A stretch of DNA of 64,000 nt, taken from the sequence record MT884009.2. The stretch is one strand, 5' to 3'. This DNA is from Escherichia phage vb_EcoM_bov11CS3. The notes beneath the pieces were generated by a model. It did not search any database and had not been told where the DNA came from. It saw only the letters and a list, made by a program, of their open reading frames with translations. Below, piece after piece: positions 34,481 through 44,408 of the stretch (position 1 is the first letter of the stretch; each line of letters begins with the position of its first letter). Both the position numbers and the translations under genes were made by a program.

Positions 34481-37400
34481 TTACTTCAATTTCTCTTGCA
34501 ACCCAGTAACAACCTCTGTCAATTTTTTAACCTGCTCCTCAAGGGCGGTTATTTTATCATCCTGTTCCCTGCAAACCTGGACAAGCAAGCCTGTTACAGC
34601 TGCGTAATCCACGCTGTAGAATCTTTCCTCTGTTATCAAAGGAGTTCCATCTTGATCAGGGTTTGGGATTTCCTTTCTTTGCACGAAAGAGCTAACCGCT
34701 TCCGGCAGAGCTTCAAGCACTTCTTGTGCTATAACACCTGCATAAGGCATACCGTTCTCTTTAAGAGTGTAAGTATAACCCTTCATCTTCCGGATAGCTT
34801 CTAACGCATCAGGAATAACAGCTATGTTATCTTTCAGGTCTCTGTCAGAACTCTGATTGACAGATGTGCAATTCACAGCGCCGTTTACAGAAAGATATCT
34901 TGATTTATCCGGCAAGGTACCGCAATGCCATACCCAATTTGATTGAGACTCGTCAAGAACCTTAAACTCTAACACGTTTGGACGATCTCCTGTGCTGCCG
35001 TTACCCCAATAATACATATGGGCGGCATTAGCAGGCATGTTGCCACCGTTATTAGTAACATGGCTTCCAGAAATATACACCTTTAACTCTGGGGTTGGTA
35101 TTTCCCCTTCTGGGGTTGTTCCTCCATACCTGAAGCTAACACCATTACCACCTGTTTGGGTCCACGGGCCCCAAGTGAAGACCTGTTTCACCATATTCCC
35201 ATAACGTGTGAATCTATCGCCATGGTAGGTAATATACTCTTGAACACACCCATTACCGTCATTGGCGTTATTTTGCAACACAATAAGTGTTCCGGCCTCA
35301 TTTACGGGATAATGACGATCATATGTTGCATCATTATTTGCAGGCTGATGGTAAATACCTTCCCACAATCCGTGATAGGTGTTAAGGTCTGAAGAACCAA
35401 GACCTTGACCCCTGTGTTGCATGGCCTTATTCCAGGGATGGTGATTACCACCTTCTATAGACCTGGTGTATAAGTTACTTTGTCTGCCAGCAATCTGGAA
35501 AGCGTAGTTTCCCGAGAATCCTACAGATAACCCGCCTACAACCATGGTATCCTGTGGGCCGTTAACATTACCAGCTATTATTTTTGACGGGTTGTTAGGC
35601 CCAAACTGGTTGTTCCAGTCTGCACCCGTGTGGCATACAAAACCGCCCGGAGCTGAGAAAGTGCCATCTTTGTTGAAGTTGTAGAATCTATGAGCTGTGC
35701 CTACAACATCACGAACAATAACTTGAGCAGCTTCTGGAGTAGACCTGAACTCTGCTTGACCTTTAAGGCCAGCACCATTACCGCATTTAGAGGTAAACGT
35801 GCCGTTAGTTAGATCCTCTGTTCCATCTGATGCACACTGGAATCCTGCGTTAGAGAATAGCGCCTTTCTAGGACCACTGTAGCACAAATAGTCAAAACCG
35901 TCAGCCCATAGCTCTACTTTAGGCATGTTCATTTTGCTCATTATCGCATAGCGTTCAGCAGTGCCTATATAGTGCCACTGTGTGCCGCCGCCAGTGTAGA
36001 ACCCAGAGGTACCTTTGAAGTCAACAATAGGTCTGGTGTTGGTATTGTTATCTCCGAGAACAGCCAGATTTAAATCTGCTGACTGGAGAGGTGCAACGAA
36101 CTTAACACCGTCCTGATTGTCTGTTACAGAGCCAACCTGGTAATCTTGCTCCCTGGTAAACACCTCGACAACATTTCTACTTGCGTATATGCTGACAGGG
36201 AAAGCACGCGCCTCTGCATAGAAAGCAACATATTCTTGTTTACCCCTTGTTGGAGCAACCATCCCAAGAAGTGCTTTTTCATTCTGGTAGAAATTTACTA
36301 CCCCGTAGAAAGAGTCTCCTCTGTCTGTCCAACCACCAGTTCTATAGTGACACTGTAAGGTAGCACAGTTCATAGGGTCATTTCCAGATGACGATCTGGT
36401 AACTATGGTAATATCAGTACCAGTTGCTGGAGCATAGTACGGATCTGTTCTAACGATGATCGGGTAGTATTTCCCATCTTCCATCCCTGCGGTTCTTGGC
36501 AGTGTTAAGAAGTCTTTCACACCTGCTGCTATAGGAACTTTGAACAGATTCTGAGCATCTGCTAGAGTTGTAGCCCCGGTGCCACCTGCGGCTTGAGGTA
36601 GAGGTTCCCACTTGGCCTTCCGGTTGTTATAAACACCCCATTCCAGAGTGCCGTTACCGGATTCGTCCATCCCGCCATCCCAGATAACCATCTTGGCGGC
36701 TTTCTTAGATCCCCAGAAGCCTCTTTCTGCTCCTGAACTACGTATCCACTCTCCAAGTCCCCAGTTTGTCAGCTGACCAGTAAGATCCCCAACCTGCATG
36801 TATTTAGGGCAGTCTAATACACCGTCTTCGCGGAAACCCAAATATCTATGAGTTTCAGATCCTTTTGCACCTTTGTGGAGGTGGATTGTCAACCAAGCCT
36901 TATTGTCGTTTCTTACCTCAGAGTAGATCCTATATCCATGCTCAAGGACACCGTCAGCGCTGTATTTGTCCCCGTTAACAATACCGGATGCTGACTTAAC
37001 ATCAGCAGAACTTTGAGACAGGTAAAGGTGCCCGAAGGTAGGAGAATTTCTAGACCCGAGACCGATGTGCGATCTAAAGGTATCATCGTTACGAGGTCTA
37101 ACCATCGGCTGCCATGCAGTCCACTGATTTGTGTTGGCCTGATAGGTTCTCAAATACCAAACATCTACGTTAGAGAATGGGTAGTATTCCTGACGACAAC
37201 CTGTACCGCCGTTAGCATTGTTCTGCCAAACAATCAAGTGACCAGCACCAGAACCTGCAGGGTAACCATTTGCCTCAGTTGCATAAGCAGTCATCGGCTG
37301 GTAGTATACACCATCCTGATTACCAGTCAAGTTATTGATATTGAAATTTGGCTCAAGGGCTGCACGTTGCTTATAGAAAGCACCGATATTGATACGGACT

Positions 37401-38293
37401 CCAGCGGCATCTCTAGCCCCTGTGCCGCCTTGCTCTATAGCAAGAGGTTGCCACGAAGCTGTTTGTTGGTTCCACATACCCCAACGGCCTGTTGCATCAA
37501 GCTGCAAGTACCCTGCCGTATTTAAATCATCTCCAGCACGGATAACTGTTCTTGTTGGGTTGTTTGCCTCTAGGCGTTTAAATTCATCACGAAGTGCTAT
37601 TCTTTTCGTTGTTGCTACACCGTTGGTTACTGCAATGGTGTACATGGCTCCGGTGGTAGCGCCACGGAAAATACCATCAACAGTTGTAGTATCACGGCGA
37701 GATACCACACCGTTCAGAAATTTTTCACCAGCTGCTACAGAAGGGTAGTTGGTGGTTCTTCCCTCTTCAATAACTGCAGGGCCAACAAAGTTATCAAGGT
37801 GAATAACATCGCCTACGGTGTGCACTGTACCAAAATCTACACGCTGTGCAAGTGCTTTAGCATCGTTAGCTGTCTGAACAGTAACATCCATTACATCCTG
37901 GACAGACTGCCCTTCGGCTGTCATGATCATAGATGCGCCAATGGTAGATTCCAGCTCCTCCCTTAAGGACGGGTCAGTATATACCATCCATGCAGCGTCA
38001 GTAATCCCACCATCAGCGTACGGTGAAGACAGTGCAGGAACAGTGTGCGGAAATTCGCCTTTCCAACGCAGGTAGAGGTCTTCCTCTTCGAAGTAGGCAA
38101 AATCCATTGGGCCGTTTAACTTACCACCTTCCTTAAAGGAGATTACATGAGAAACAGTCCCATCCACATGGACAACATCGCCAATTTTTACACGACGGGT
38201 CAGGTCTGGTTGCTGAACAACCAGGTAATCATCCTCTGTCACTGCGGTAGTGGCAGGAAGAGATTCAATTCTGACAACTTTAATATCAGCCAT
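34481..38293 (-). CDS. tail fibre/tailspike protein, 1270 aa, with N-terminal anchor module and C-terminal intramolecular-chaperone-like domain
   Basis: N-terminus shares DD(F/Y)LVV.Q.D.TR..KI.DVV and FAY motifs with the 222-aa protein; C-terminus (SSDRDLKDNIAVIPDALEAIRKMKGYTYTL ... coiled tail) resembles self-cleaving fibre chaperone domains. Confidence 0.55.
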   Translation of the reverse strand: MADIKVVRIESLPATTAVTEDDYLVVQQPDLTRRVKIGDVVHVDGTVSHVISFKEGGKLNGPMDFAYFEEEDLYLRWKGEFPHTVPALSSPYADGGITDAAWMVYTDPSLREELESTIGASMIMTAEGQSVQDVMDVTVQTANDAKALAQRVDFGTVHTVGDVIHLDNFVGPAVIEEGRTTNYPSVAAGEKFLNGVVSRRDTTTVDGIFRGATTGAMYTIAVTNGVATTKRIALRDEFKRLEANNPTRTVIRAGDDLNTAGYLQLDATGRWGMWNQQTASWQPLAIEQGGTGARDAAGVRINIGAFYKQRAALEPNFNINNLTGNQDGVYYQPMTAYATEANGYPAGSGAGHLIVWQNNANGGTGCRQEYYPFSNVDVWYLRTYQANTNQWTAWQPMVRPRNDDTFRSHIGLGSRNSPTFGHLYLSQSSADVKSASGIVNGDKYSADGVLEHGYRIYSEVRNDNKAWLTIHLHKGAKGSETHRYLGFREDGVLDCPKYMQVGDLTGQLTNWGLGEWIRSSGAERGFWGSKKAAKMVIWDGGMDESGNGTLEWGVYNNRKAKWEPLPQAAGGTGATTLADAQNLFKVPIAAGVKDFLTLPRTAGMEDGKYYPIIVRTDPYYAPATGTDITIVTRSSSGNDPMNCATLQCHYRTGGWTDRGDSFYGVVNFYQNEKALLGMVAPTRGKQEYVAFYAEARAFPVSIYASRNVVEVFTREQDYQVGSVTDNQDGVKFVAPLQSADLNLAVLGDNNTNTRPIVDFKGTSGFYTGGGTQWHYIGTAERYAIMSKMNMPKVELWADGFDYLCYSGPRKALFSNAGFQCASDGTEDLTNGTFTSKCGNGAGLKGQAEFRSTPEAAQVIVRDVVGTAHRFYNFNKDGTFSAPGGFVCHTGADWNNQFGPNNPSKIIAGNVNGPQDTMVVGGLSVGFSGNYAFQIAGRQSNLYTRSIEGGNHHPWNKAMQHRGQGLGSSDLNTYHGLWEGIYHQPANNDATYDRHYPVNEAGTLIVLQNNANDGNGCVQEYITYHGDRFTRYGNMVKQVFTWGPWTQTGGNGVSFRYGGTTPEGEIPTPELKVYISGSHVTNNGGNMPANAAHMYYWGNGSTGDRPNVLEFKVLDESQSNWVWHCGTLPDKSRYLSVNGAVNCTSVNQSSDRDLKDNIAVIPDALEAIRKMKGYTYTLKENGMPYAGVIAQEVLEALPEAVSSFVQRKEIPNPDQDGTPLITEERFYSVDYAAVTGLLVQVCREQDDKITALEEQVKKLTEVVTGLQEKLK

Positions 38294-38307
38294 TCTTTCT
38301 CCTGAAA

Positions 38308-38324
38308 GGGGGCAAACAGCCCCC
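38308..38324 (-). terminator. GC hairpin between 865-aa and 1270-aa genes
   Basis: GGGGGC-TGTTT-GCCCCC on the minus strand, followed by TTTCAGGAGAAAGA-ATG. Confidence 0.35.
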
Positions 38325-38328
38325 TATG

Positions 38329-40926
38329 TTAAAGGTACAATCCACGGTATTGAGCATAAAGGCCCAGACCGCGAAGGATTTCGCCAGAGTGATAGCCAAC
38401 CGGATCAGAAACTGCCCAGCAGCCGTTTAAAATATTATCCCCATTAATGAAGTGGTGCTTTTGCAGTAGCTTCACACAGGCTTCTACAACAATATCTATT
38501 TGAGGTATTGTCTCTGAATACCCGCACAGACCTAGCCAGCAGCAACCTGCAAGCCATTCACCTACCACCCACATCCTGTCTCCTCTGTCCTGATAAGAAT
38601 ATCCCCCAGAGGTGTTAAAGTCTGTAGGCAGATTTCCTGAATGAGATGACTGGAATCTGTTGAGGAACCATGCCCATTTCTGGCAGAACAGGAATAGTCT
38701 TTCATCAACAGGTTCTTTATGTTTCTTGAGCTCATATATTGTGCGGCACGCAGCAACAAAAGATCTTGACTGGAGCTTAGAGTTATCTACCATCTCCCAC
38801 CAACCAGTCAACCCTTCATTACCTCTTTGCCATACATAACGTGAGGCAACTGGACCCTCTGTCTTAAATGTATTATTATACCAGACTTGAGCGTCATACA
38901 GAAAGCCTATTGTATTTGACAATCTATGGCGATCTATGTTTTCTGCACCCATGCAGTAGACTGCTGGGTATTGCATGCCAGGGTAGGGCCAATTTGGCTT
39001 TTCCTCTAAGAGATAGTTTTCCTTATCTATCACCTTTCCGGCAGGGAACACACCCGGTGTGTGCCTGTATGCACCTTGCTTGTAGTTTCTGACATAGCAA
39101 TCTCCAACCTTAGCGGTTGATTCTGTCTTGCTTGCCATCCATACACTAAACCAGATTAGATAAGCATCCCTATCTGCAATATAGAATTGCGGCAGCGTGT
39201 TGACGCAATATAGATCAAACAAGCCATTACCTATCTGCCTGTCGCTTAGGCTGAAATCCACAGAGGTGAGCCCCTTAGGATTAGCAAAGAAAGGTTTAAT
39301 CTCTTCTTCGGTGTGATGAGGTTGTGTCGGATCTAGTTTGAAATCTCCTAGAGTAAGAGTTTCTGTTATCCATTGTCCATTAGTGGCATATAGATCAGCA
39401 TACCATAACCACCTGTCTTTGTCAAGAAATTTGACCCTTACCATCTCATCATCTGATCGATAAGTTACTGAGTTTAAAGAAATCTCTCTTCCAAAATTGA
39501 AAGTTACTTTACCTCTTGCTATATTACAACGGGTGAAGTTGTCAGAGTGGTTGTAAATGTCGGTATCATACTGCATACTGACACTAGCGCCACCGCTCAC
39601 GGCAATGTTTTCCTCTTTAGGTAAGAGATACGGATTACCGTCTTTACCAACCACCTCTACGAAATCGGTAACCTTGGCAACTATTTCTGTTACCTCTGCC
39701 CCTCCAAAAGGAACCCCTATCCTGTACTGTTTTTTGTTATTGTTGCCATCATTAAGGATGAAATGTGGCTGGAACAGAACCCCTTCTCCTCCGAAATTCA
39801 TAACAATTTCAGCATCTCTGCCTATTTTGTATGTAGTCCCTTTTTGGATTATTTCGCAAGGCTGGCGTGCGTTCATTCTAAAATTGATATACCCGTCACT
39901 GTCCCTGCTCATGACAGGAACTGTTCCTGCAACAAGACAAGTACCATCTGTAAACGGTGCCTTAATCAACGTGGTCTTTCTAAACAGTTTGTCGTAGGCG
40001 TTTATATCACTGAAATTAAGCAACTTGTTGTAAGACTGTTCAAACGCGGTGTAATACTTTTCCTCACCTGTTAAGGTGTAGAGTTGATAACAAGCGTCAC
40101 ACCACATCTCTTCCCCGTCCAACTCTGGGGCTTGATTATCTGCAACCACGTTTATAGGATTTACAATTACAGGCGATCCTGCAGGTATCACCGATCCACC
40201 CTGCTCTTGGGGTAATCTTACACAATAGGTCACCTTGTGGCTGCCTGTAACACCCTTATCTTGTAATTGGATTGTGCCGAACTCTACAGACGTATGACCA
40301 CTGTCGGCTATGCTACCGTTAGCCCAATAGCGGTTACCATCCCATGCTATATACCACTCAACCCACCAACTTAATCCAGATGTTGTCCAATCTGGGTTAG
40401 CATCTGTGCCGCCGTAAACATCAGCGTCTACAGTGTTTCTTCCTAACACACCGTTATATGCTTGGAAGGCCTTGTCCAGGTATTCTCCCCATGTCGGAGA
40501 TCCAGCTGGGATTTTTCCTCTACCGTTAGTAAAAGACACCACCACATCTTTAAACCCACCATGTGATGGGACCCCGTCTGTGGATAGAGGGTAGTGGGAC
40601 AATCTTTGCATTTTACTTTCTACAGCATATGCGCCCAGAAGATGACTATTGTAAGCTTCCCAAGCATCTTTTGCCCTATCCAGATAGAAATCGCTTTTCG
40701 ATGCCCTGTATGCTTCAATGTATCCCAGAATCAACACAGCTTGGGACTCATGCATTGCCCAATCATTATTTATCTTATTACCTGCCCACCCTGCAGCTAT
40801 AAGACCATCAGGGTTTACTAGCTTATTTTGTGTAGGGGTGTTGGTAATACCTGTGTTGTTATCGAGGCACTTCCTGTGCCCCTCAATCATCTGAAATACG
40901 TTATCAATGTTGTGTTGAATACGCAT
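38329..40926 (-). CDS. putative tailspike/depolymerase-like protein, 865 aa
   Basis: Large Trp/Tyr/Gly-rich protein without the N-terminal anchor module, located directly downstream of the 222-aa adaptor-like gene. Confidence 0.4.
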   Translation of the reverse strand: MRIQHNIDNVFQMIEGHRKCLDNNTGITNTPTQNKLVNPDGLIAAGWAGNKINNDWAMHESQAVLILGYIEAYRASKSDFYLDRAKDAWEAYNSHLLGAYAVESKMQRLSHYPLSTDGVPSHGGFKDVVVSFTNGRGKIPAGSPTWGEYLDKAFQAYNGVLGRNTVDADVYGGTDANPDWTTSGLSWWVEWYIAWDGNRYWANGSIADSGHTSVEFGTIQLQDKGVTGSHKVTYCVRLPQEQGGSVIPAGSPVIVNPINVVADNQAPELDGEEMWCDACYQLYTLTGEEKYYTAFEQSYNKLLNFSDINAYDKLFRKTTLIKAPFTDGTCLVAGTVPVMSRDSDGYINFRMNARQPCEIIQKGTTYKIGRDAEIVMNFGGEGVLFQPHFILNDGNNNKKQYRIGVPFGGAEVTEIVAKVTDFVEVVGKDGNPYLLPKEENIAVSGGASVSMQYDTDIYNHSDNFTRCNIARGKVTFNFGREISLNSVTYRSDDEMVRVKFLDKDRWLWYADLYATNGQWITETLTLGDFKLDPTQPHHTEEEIKPFFANPKGLTSVDFSLSDRQIGNGLFDLYCVNTLPQFYIADRDAYLIWFSVWMASKTESTAKVGDCYVRNYKQGAYRHTPGVFPAGKVIDKENYLLEEKPNWPYPGMQYPAVYCMGAENIDRHRLSNTIGFLYDAQVWYNNTFKTEGPVASRYVWQRGNEGLTGWWEMVDNSKLQSRSFVAACRTIYELKKHKEPVDERLFLFCQKWAWFLNRFQSSHSGNLPTDFNTSGGYSYQDRGDRMWVVGEWLAGCCWLGLCGYSETIPQIDIVVEACVKLLQKHHFINGDNILNGCWAVSDPVGYHSGEILRGLGLYAQYRGLYL

Positions 40927-40927
40927 C

Positions 40928-41596
40928 TTAGATAGCTCCTGCGATAATCAGTGCCCCGTACCAAGTTAACCCGTTGTCGTAGGTTTCCAACTTGAAAATA
41001 TCTGTTGCACCAGCTGTAAATGTTAGGATAGGATCTCTTCCGTAGGACCATTTAACATTACCAGGCCAATATACTTTGTTGCCGCCAGAGGTCTGAGTAA
41101 TGCATACGGTTATAGTTCTCGCCACTCCTTCAAGACCTTCTGTTTGATTTTCAAAAGAGATTGTGGTATTTGAAGTTAGTCGAACCTTAAAGGTATCCGC
41201 AACTTCAAGATCCATATCAAGCTGACCACCGATAGATCCGTAATCAACTATTCTGCCAGAAGAAGTTGCAGCAAGCTCACCAAAAACAGACCAGGCATTT
41301 GCAGACACACCCCCAGCACCCTCTACAGTGGAGTCTGGGAGGATTATTTTAGGATAATCCCCGTTCCACGTGTAGTAGCGCTTAGTTTCTGGGTCATAAG
41401 CAAAGTCCTTCTTGCTCTTAAGATAACCACCCTCTGTGAAATAGACTATCTTAGTAATGCTAAGATCGTTGACAACATCGTCAATCTTAGCCTTTCTTGT
41501 CCCATCAGTCTGGTTGACAACCAAGAAGTCATCACTCAAGACTGTTTCTGCATCTTCAAGATCTGGAATTGGTATTGTAGGATAAGCTACAGCCAT
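40928..41596 (-). CDS. tail fibre adaptor-like protein, 222 aa
   Basis: N-terminus IPIPDLEDAETVLSDDFLVVNQTDGTRKAKIDDVV parallels the N-terminus of the 1270-aa fibre. Confidence 0.45.
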   Translation of the reverse strand: MAVAYPTIPIPDLEDAETVLSDDFLVVNQTDGTRKAKIDDVVNDLSITKIVYFTEGGYLKSKKDFAYDPETKRYYTWNGDYPKIILPDSTVEGAGGVSANAWSVFGELAATSSGRIVDYGSIGGQLDMDLEVADTFKVRLTSNTTISFENQTEGLEGVARTITVCITQTSGGNKVYWPGNVKWSYGRDPILTFTAGATDIFKLETYDNGLTWYGALIIAGAI

Positions 41597-41605
41597 GATT
41601 TCTCC

Positions 41606-42322
41606 TTAGTTAACATCAATAGCACGACCAGACTGGTTGGCAATAGCCTCATCATTGGAGGTAGCAATAACACCAGAGTATTCGCGCTCATCTGGAGCAA
41701 GCGTCCAGGTATTGCGGTTAATGGTTTGTTCTGCCTCAGTCATCAGCAGATCTTTATCCTGAGTCAACAGAGAGCCTACAGGGATCGGGTTTTCCATCTC
41801 AGGGCCAGCATACTGGTTCCACCATGTGGCATCTCCTGTTCTAGGCAATCTGAAGTTGATCAGATAGTACAGTTTATTAGCCCACTTAATCCAACCCTCA
41901 TCATCACAGAGAGAGGTTGTCCCAGAATCAGGCTGTGGGTAGGTGAACTGATCAAGACCTACGAAAGCCAGCCTTACAATCTCGTTCTCTTTGGTAACAA
42001 CCTCGAAGAACGCTTGGTATGTTCTCGATCTTCGGTCCATGGTAGACTGGAAGTTTATGATGTTTAGCACATCCGGCTCTTGTCTTGCCACTTCCATGAT
42101 CTTGTTATCAAGAACAGTCTTCATGACCTTCTTGCTGAGAAAGTCCATATAAGGGAAGCCAAACAGCTCGTCAAAGTACCAGCTCCCCTTCCACGTATTA
42201 AACCTCATCCACAAGCGCTGGCGCAGACTTACCCGGTTTGAATCTATCAACTCAAGACCTTTGTCTATCGCCAAATCGCCTGTCTGCGGGTCCATCAATA
42301 TATCACTATAAAGCGTAGCCAT
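41606..42322 (-). CDS. baseplate protein, 238 aa
   Basis: Position next to the spike gene. Confidence 0.4.
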   Translation of the reverse strand: MATLYSDILMDPQTGDLAIDKGLELIDSNRVSLRQRLWMRFNTWKGSWYFDELFGFPYMDFLSKKVMKTVLDNKIMEVARQEPDVLNIINFQSTMDRRSRTYQAFFEVVTKENEIVRLAFVGLDQFTYPQPDSGTTSLCDDEGWIKWANKLYYLINFRLPRTGDATWWNQYAGPEMENPIPVGSLLTQDKDLLMTEAEQTINRNTWTLAPDEREYSGVIATSNDEAIANQSGRAIDVN

Positions 42323-42334
42323 GAAAGCCCTCTA

Positions 42335-43012
42335 TTAGTGCGGTCCACTTGTCTCGCCATCAGGGCAAGAGTGGGTATGACCTTTATATTCTGCATAGAA
42401 TGAATCCAAATCCACACCTGCAGCAGTTATAATTCTACCAGATGGGTCTATTGTAGCACCATTCATTCTGATATTCCCATCCACAGCAGCTCGCAAATTG
42501 GCAGCCCCGTTAGTGAAAGAAAACTCCCCGCTGCTGTCGCACCGTAATGTCCCACCAGGTGTTTGAAGCTCAAAATCGCCAGAAGGTGTCAGTTTAAAAT
42601 AAACTCTATCATTCCATAACTCTACGTTATCAGGATCGATCTGTAAGGCGTTTGAGTCTGAATGAACAGAGGTGATTGCCCACCCTGGAAACAGGCCGTG
42701 AGTTTGTTGATCGTCGTTATTGTTTTCATTTCTCTCTGAAAACTGCAATCCTACAACATCTCCAGCCTTAATAGGGAGTGTTAACCTTGCCTTTCCGCTG
42801 TTTGCAGACATCACCTGAATTGGAACGTCATAGATAAGAGGGTATCTCTCCACATCTCCGTCATCAAACGTAGTTTCAGCTATTGGCTGCACGGCTGCAG
42901 AAGGTATACTGTAGTCTACACTGACAACTCTGGCCCTGATACTGGTGTGGTAGTCCCTCATTATTTTTTCTATAAAAGATCTTACAGCAGCATCTTTCCT
43001 ATTTATTGCCAT
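42335..43012 (-). CDS. baseplate central spike protein (gpV-like), 225 aa
   Basis: C-terminal GHTHSCPDG (HxH-type tip motif) and position in the baseplate block. Confidence 0.5.
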   Translation of the reverse strand: MAINRKDAAVRSFIEKIMRDYHTSIRARVVSVDYSIPSAAVQPIAETTFDDGDVERYPLIYDVPIQVMSANSGKARLTLPIKAGDVVGLQFSERNENNNDDQQTHGLFPGWAITSVHSDSNALQIDPDNVELWNDRVYFKLTPSGDFELQTPGGTLRCDSSGEFSFTNGAANLRAAVDGNIRMNGATIDPSGRIITAAGVDLDSFYAEYKGHTHSCPDGETSGPH

Positions 43013-44016
43013 TATACCTCCTCAGTTTTGTCAACAACTCCACCCACTGTTTCCCCAAGGCCAAGCTCTGTAGTGTAATCACCTCCTTCTATGGTGCCCT
43101 TATGATGCACCGTGATCACCTTATAGAATCCTGTATATTGCTTGCTTTTAAGATAAATAGTGGACTCTGGGAGGATAGCTCCGTTAAGGCAGGTGGTTAC
43201 AGTAAGGCCAACATCCTCTCTCGGGTTTTTCTTTTTCTTTTTAGATGTCGAACCACCTTTGGCAGCAGCTTTAGCTTTTCGTTTTTTAGCAGGTTCTGGG
43301 TTTTTAGGGGTAGGCGATCCGTGCATCCCAGACTCTGCACTTATTTCAAACACAGAGTCTTTGAACCTTTTTCCAACCTTGGTCCAATACAAAGCTCCAT
43401 CCTGAACGCTAAATGTGGAGTTGGTCAGCCTTGCAAACCTGCGGAGGTTCTCTGCAGTGTTTCCAGAGAAAGCCATAGAGTATTGCAAAGTCTGGTTTCC
43501 AAAACCAACAACCCTACCTTTTGGCAAGTTCATATCCTTCAGTAGGTCATTAAGCACAGAGTTCAGAGGTGTGCCTTTCTGATAAGATCTTGTGCTTTGG
43601 CACTTAATGATGTTCTCAGTACCATCCCCGAAGATGAACTTAGTTTTTCTGGTCGGACCTTCCCATCTGTCTTCAACAAACTCTACAGTTCCGGAGAATA
43701 TCAACTGGTTCTCATCATCATAGCCAGCTTCAAACATAACTGCAAGGGCATCAGCCTGATGCATATCCAGATAGTTAACTGTATCGTCAGACAGGTTGTA
43801 AACTGTCACATAACCTTTGTTTGGCTCTTTGGTATTGTCCTTTTGTATGTCAAACTCTATATTGGCGGCACCAGTGTCTGAGCTAACTTCATAAACTCCG
43901 GAATCACTCTCCCCTTTCTTTTCAACAGATTTTGGGATATTGGTTTTTGATTTACCGCCATGCTCTACCGGACGACCAAACAATAATCGCCATGTTCTAC
44001 GTCTGTACTCTGCCAT
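43012..44016 (-). CDS. baseplate hub/tail protein, 334 aa
   Basis: Position; Lys-rich tract KKRKAKAAAKGGSTSKKKKK. Confidence 0.4.
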   Translation of the reverse strand: MAEYRRRTWRLLFGRPVEHGGKSKTNIPKSVEKKGESDSGVYEVSSDTGAANIEFDIQKDNTKEPNKGYVTVYNLSDDTVNYLDMHQADALAVMFEAGYDDENQLIFSGTVEFVEDRWEGPTRKTKFIFGDGTENIIKCQSTRSYQKGTPLNSVLNDLLKDMNLPKGRVVGFGNQTLQYSMAFSGNTAENLRRFARLTNSTFSVQDGALYWTKVGKRFKDSVFEISAESGMHGSPTPKNPEPAKKRKAKAAAKGGSTSKKKKKNPREDVGLTVTTCLNGAILPESTIYLKSKQYTGFYKVITVHHKGTIEGGDYTTELGLGETVGGVVDKTEEV

Positions 44017-44396
44017 TATTCTAACCCTTGCTGTTCCTTGTAAAGATCAACCGGGGTGCCGTATACAAGTTGTAGCTCAGATCTCGCCCCAAGGTTATAT
44101 CTTCCAACCCTACCCCAATATTGATCGTCTTTAAACGACAGCGCCATCAGTCTACCTTTCGGTAAATCATCTCTGTAATGCAGTCCGTCTAAAATATCTT
44201 GACAAGCTGTTACTTTTCTGGTTACTAAAGGGCTGTCACCTACTGGACCAAGAGATAACCACCAGGACTCATCCCTCTCATTCCATTGCATACGCATTTC
44301 ATACGTTTCATTGTCTAAAACAACACGCATGGTTTGATCAGGAAAGCCGTCAATGTCCCACACAAAGGTAATTATGCACCAATCTTTAAGCTCCAT
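44016..44396 (-). CDS. tail protein, 126 aa
   Basis: ORF track; overlapping stop/start. Confidence 0.45.
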   Translation of the reverse strand: MELKDWCIITFVWDIDGFPDQTMRVVLDNETYEMRMQWNERDESWWLSLGPVGDSPLVTRKVTACQDILDGLHYRDDLPKGRLMALSFKDDQYWGRVGRYNLGARSELQLVYGTPVDLYKEQQGLE

Positions 44397-44408
44397 TATA
44401 CGCTCTCC

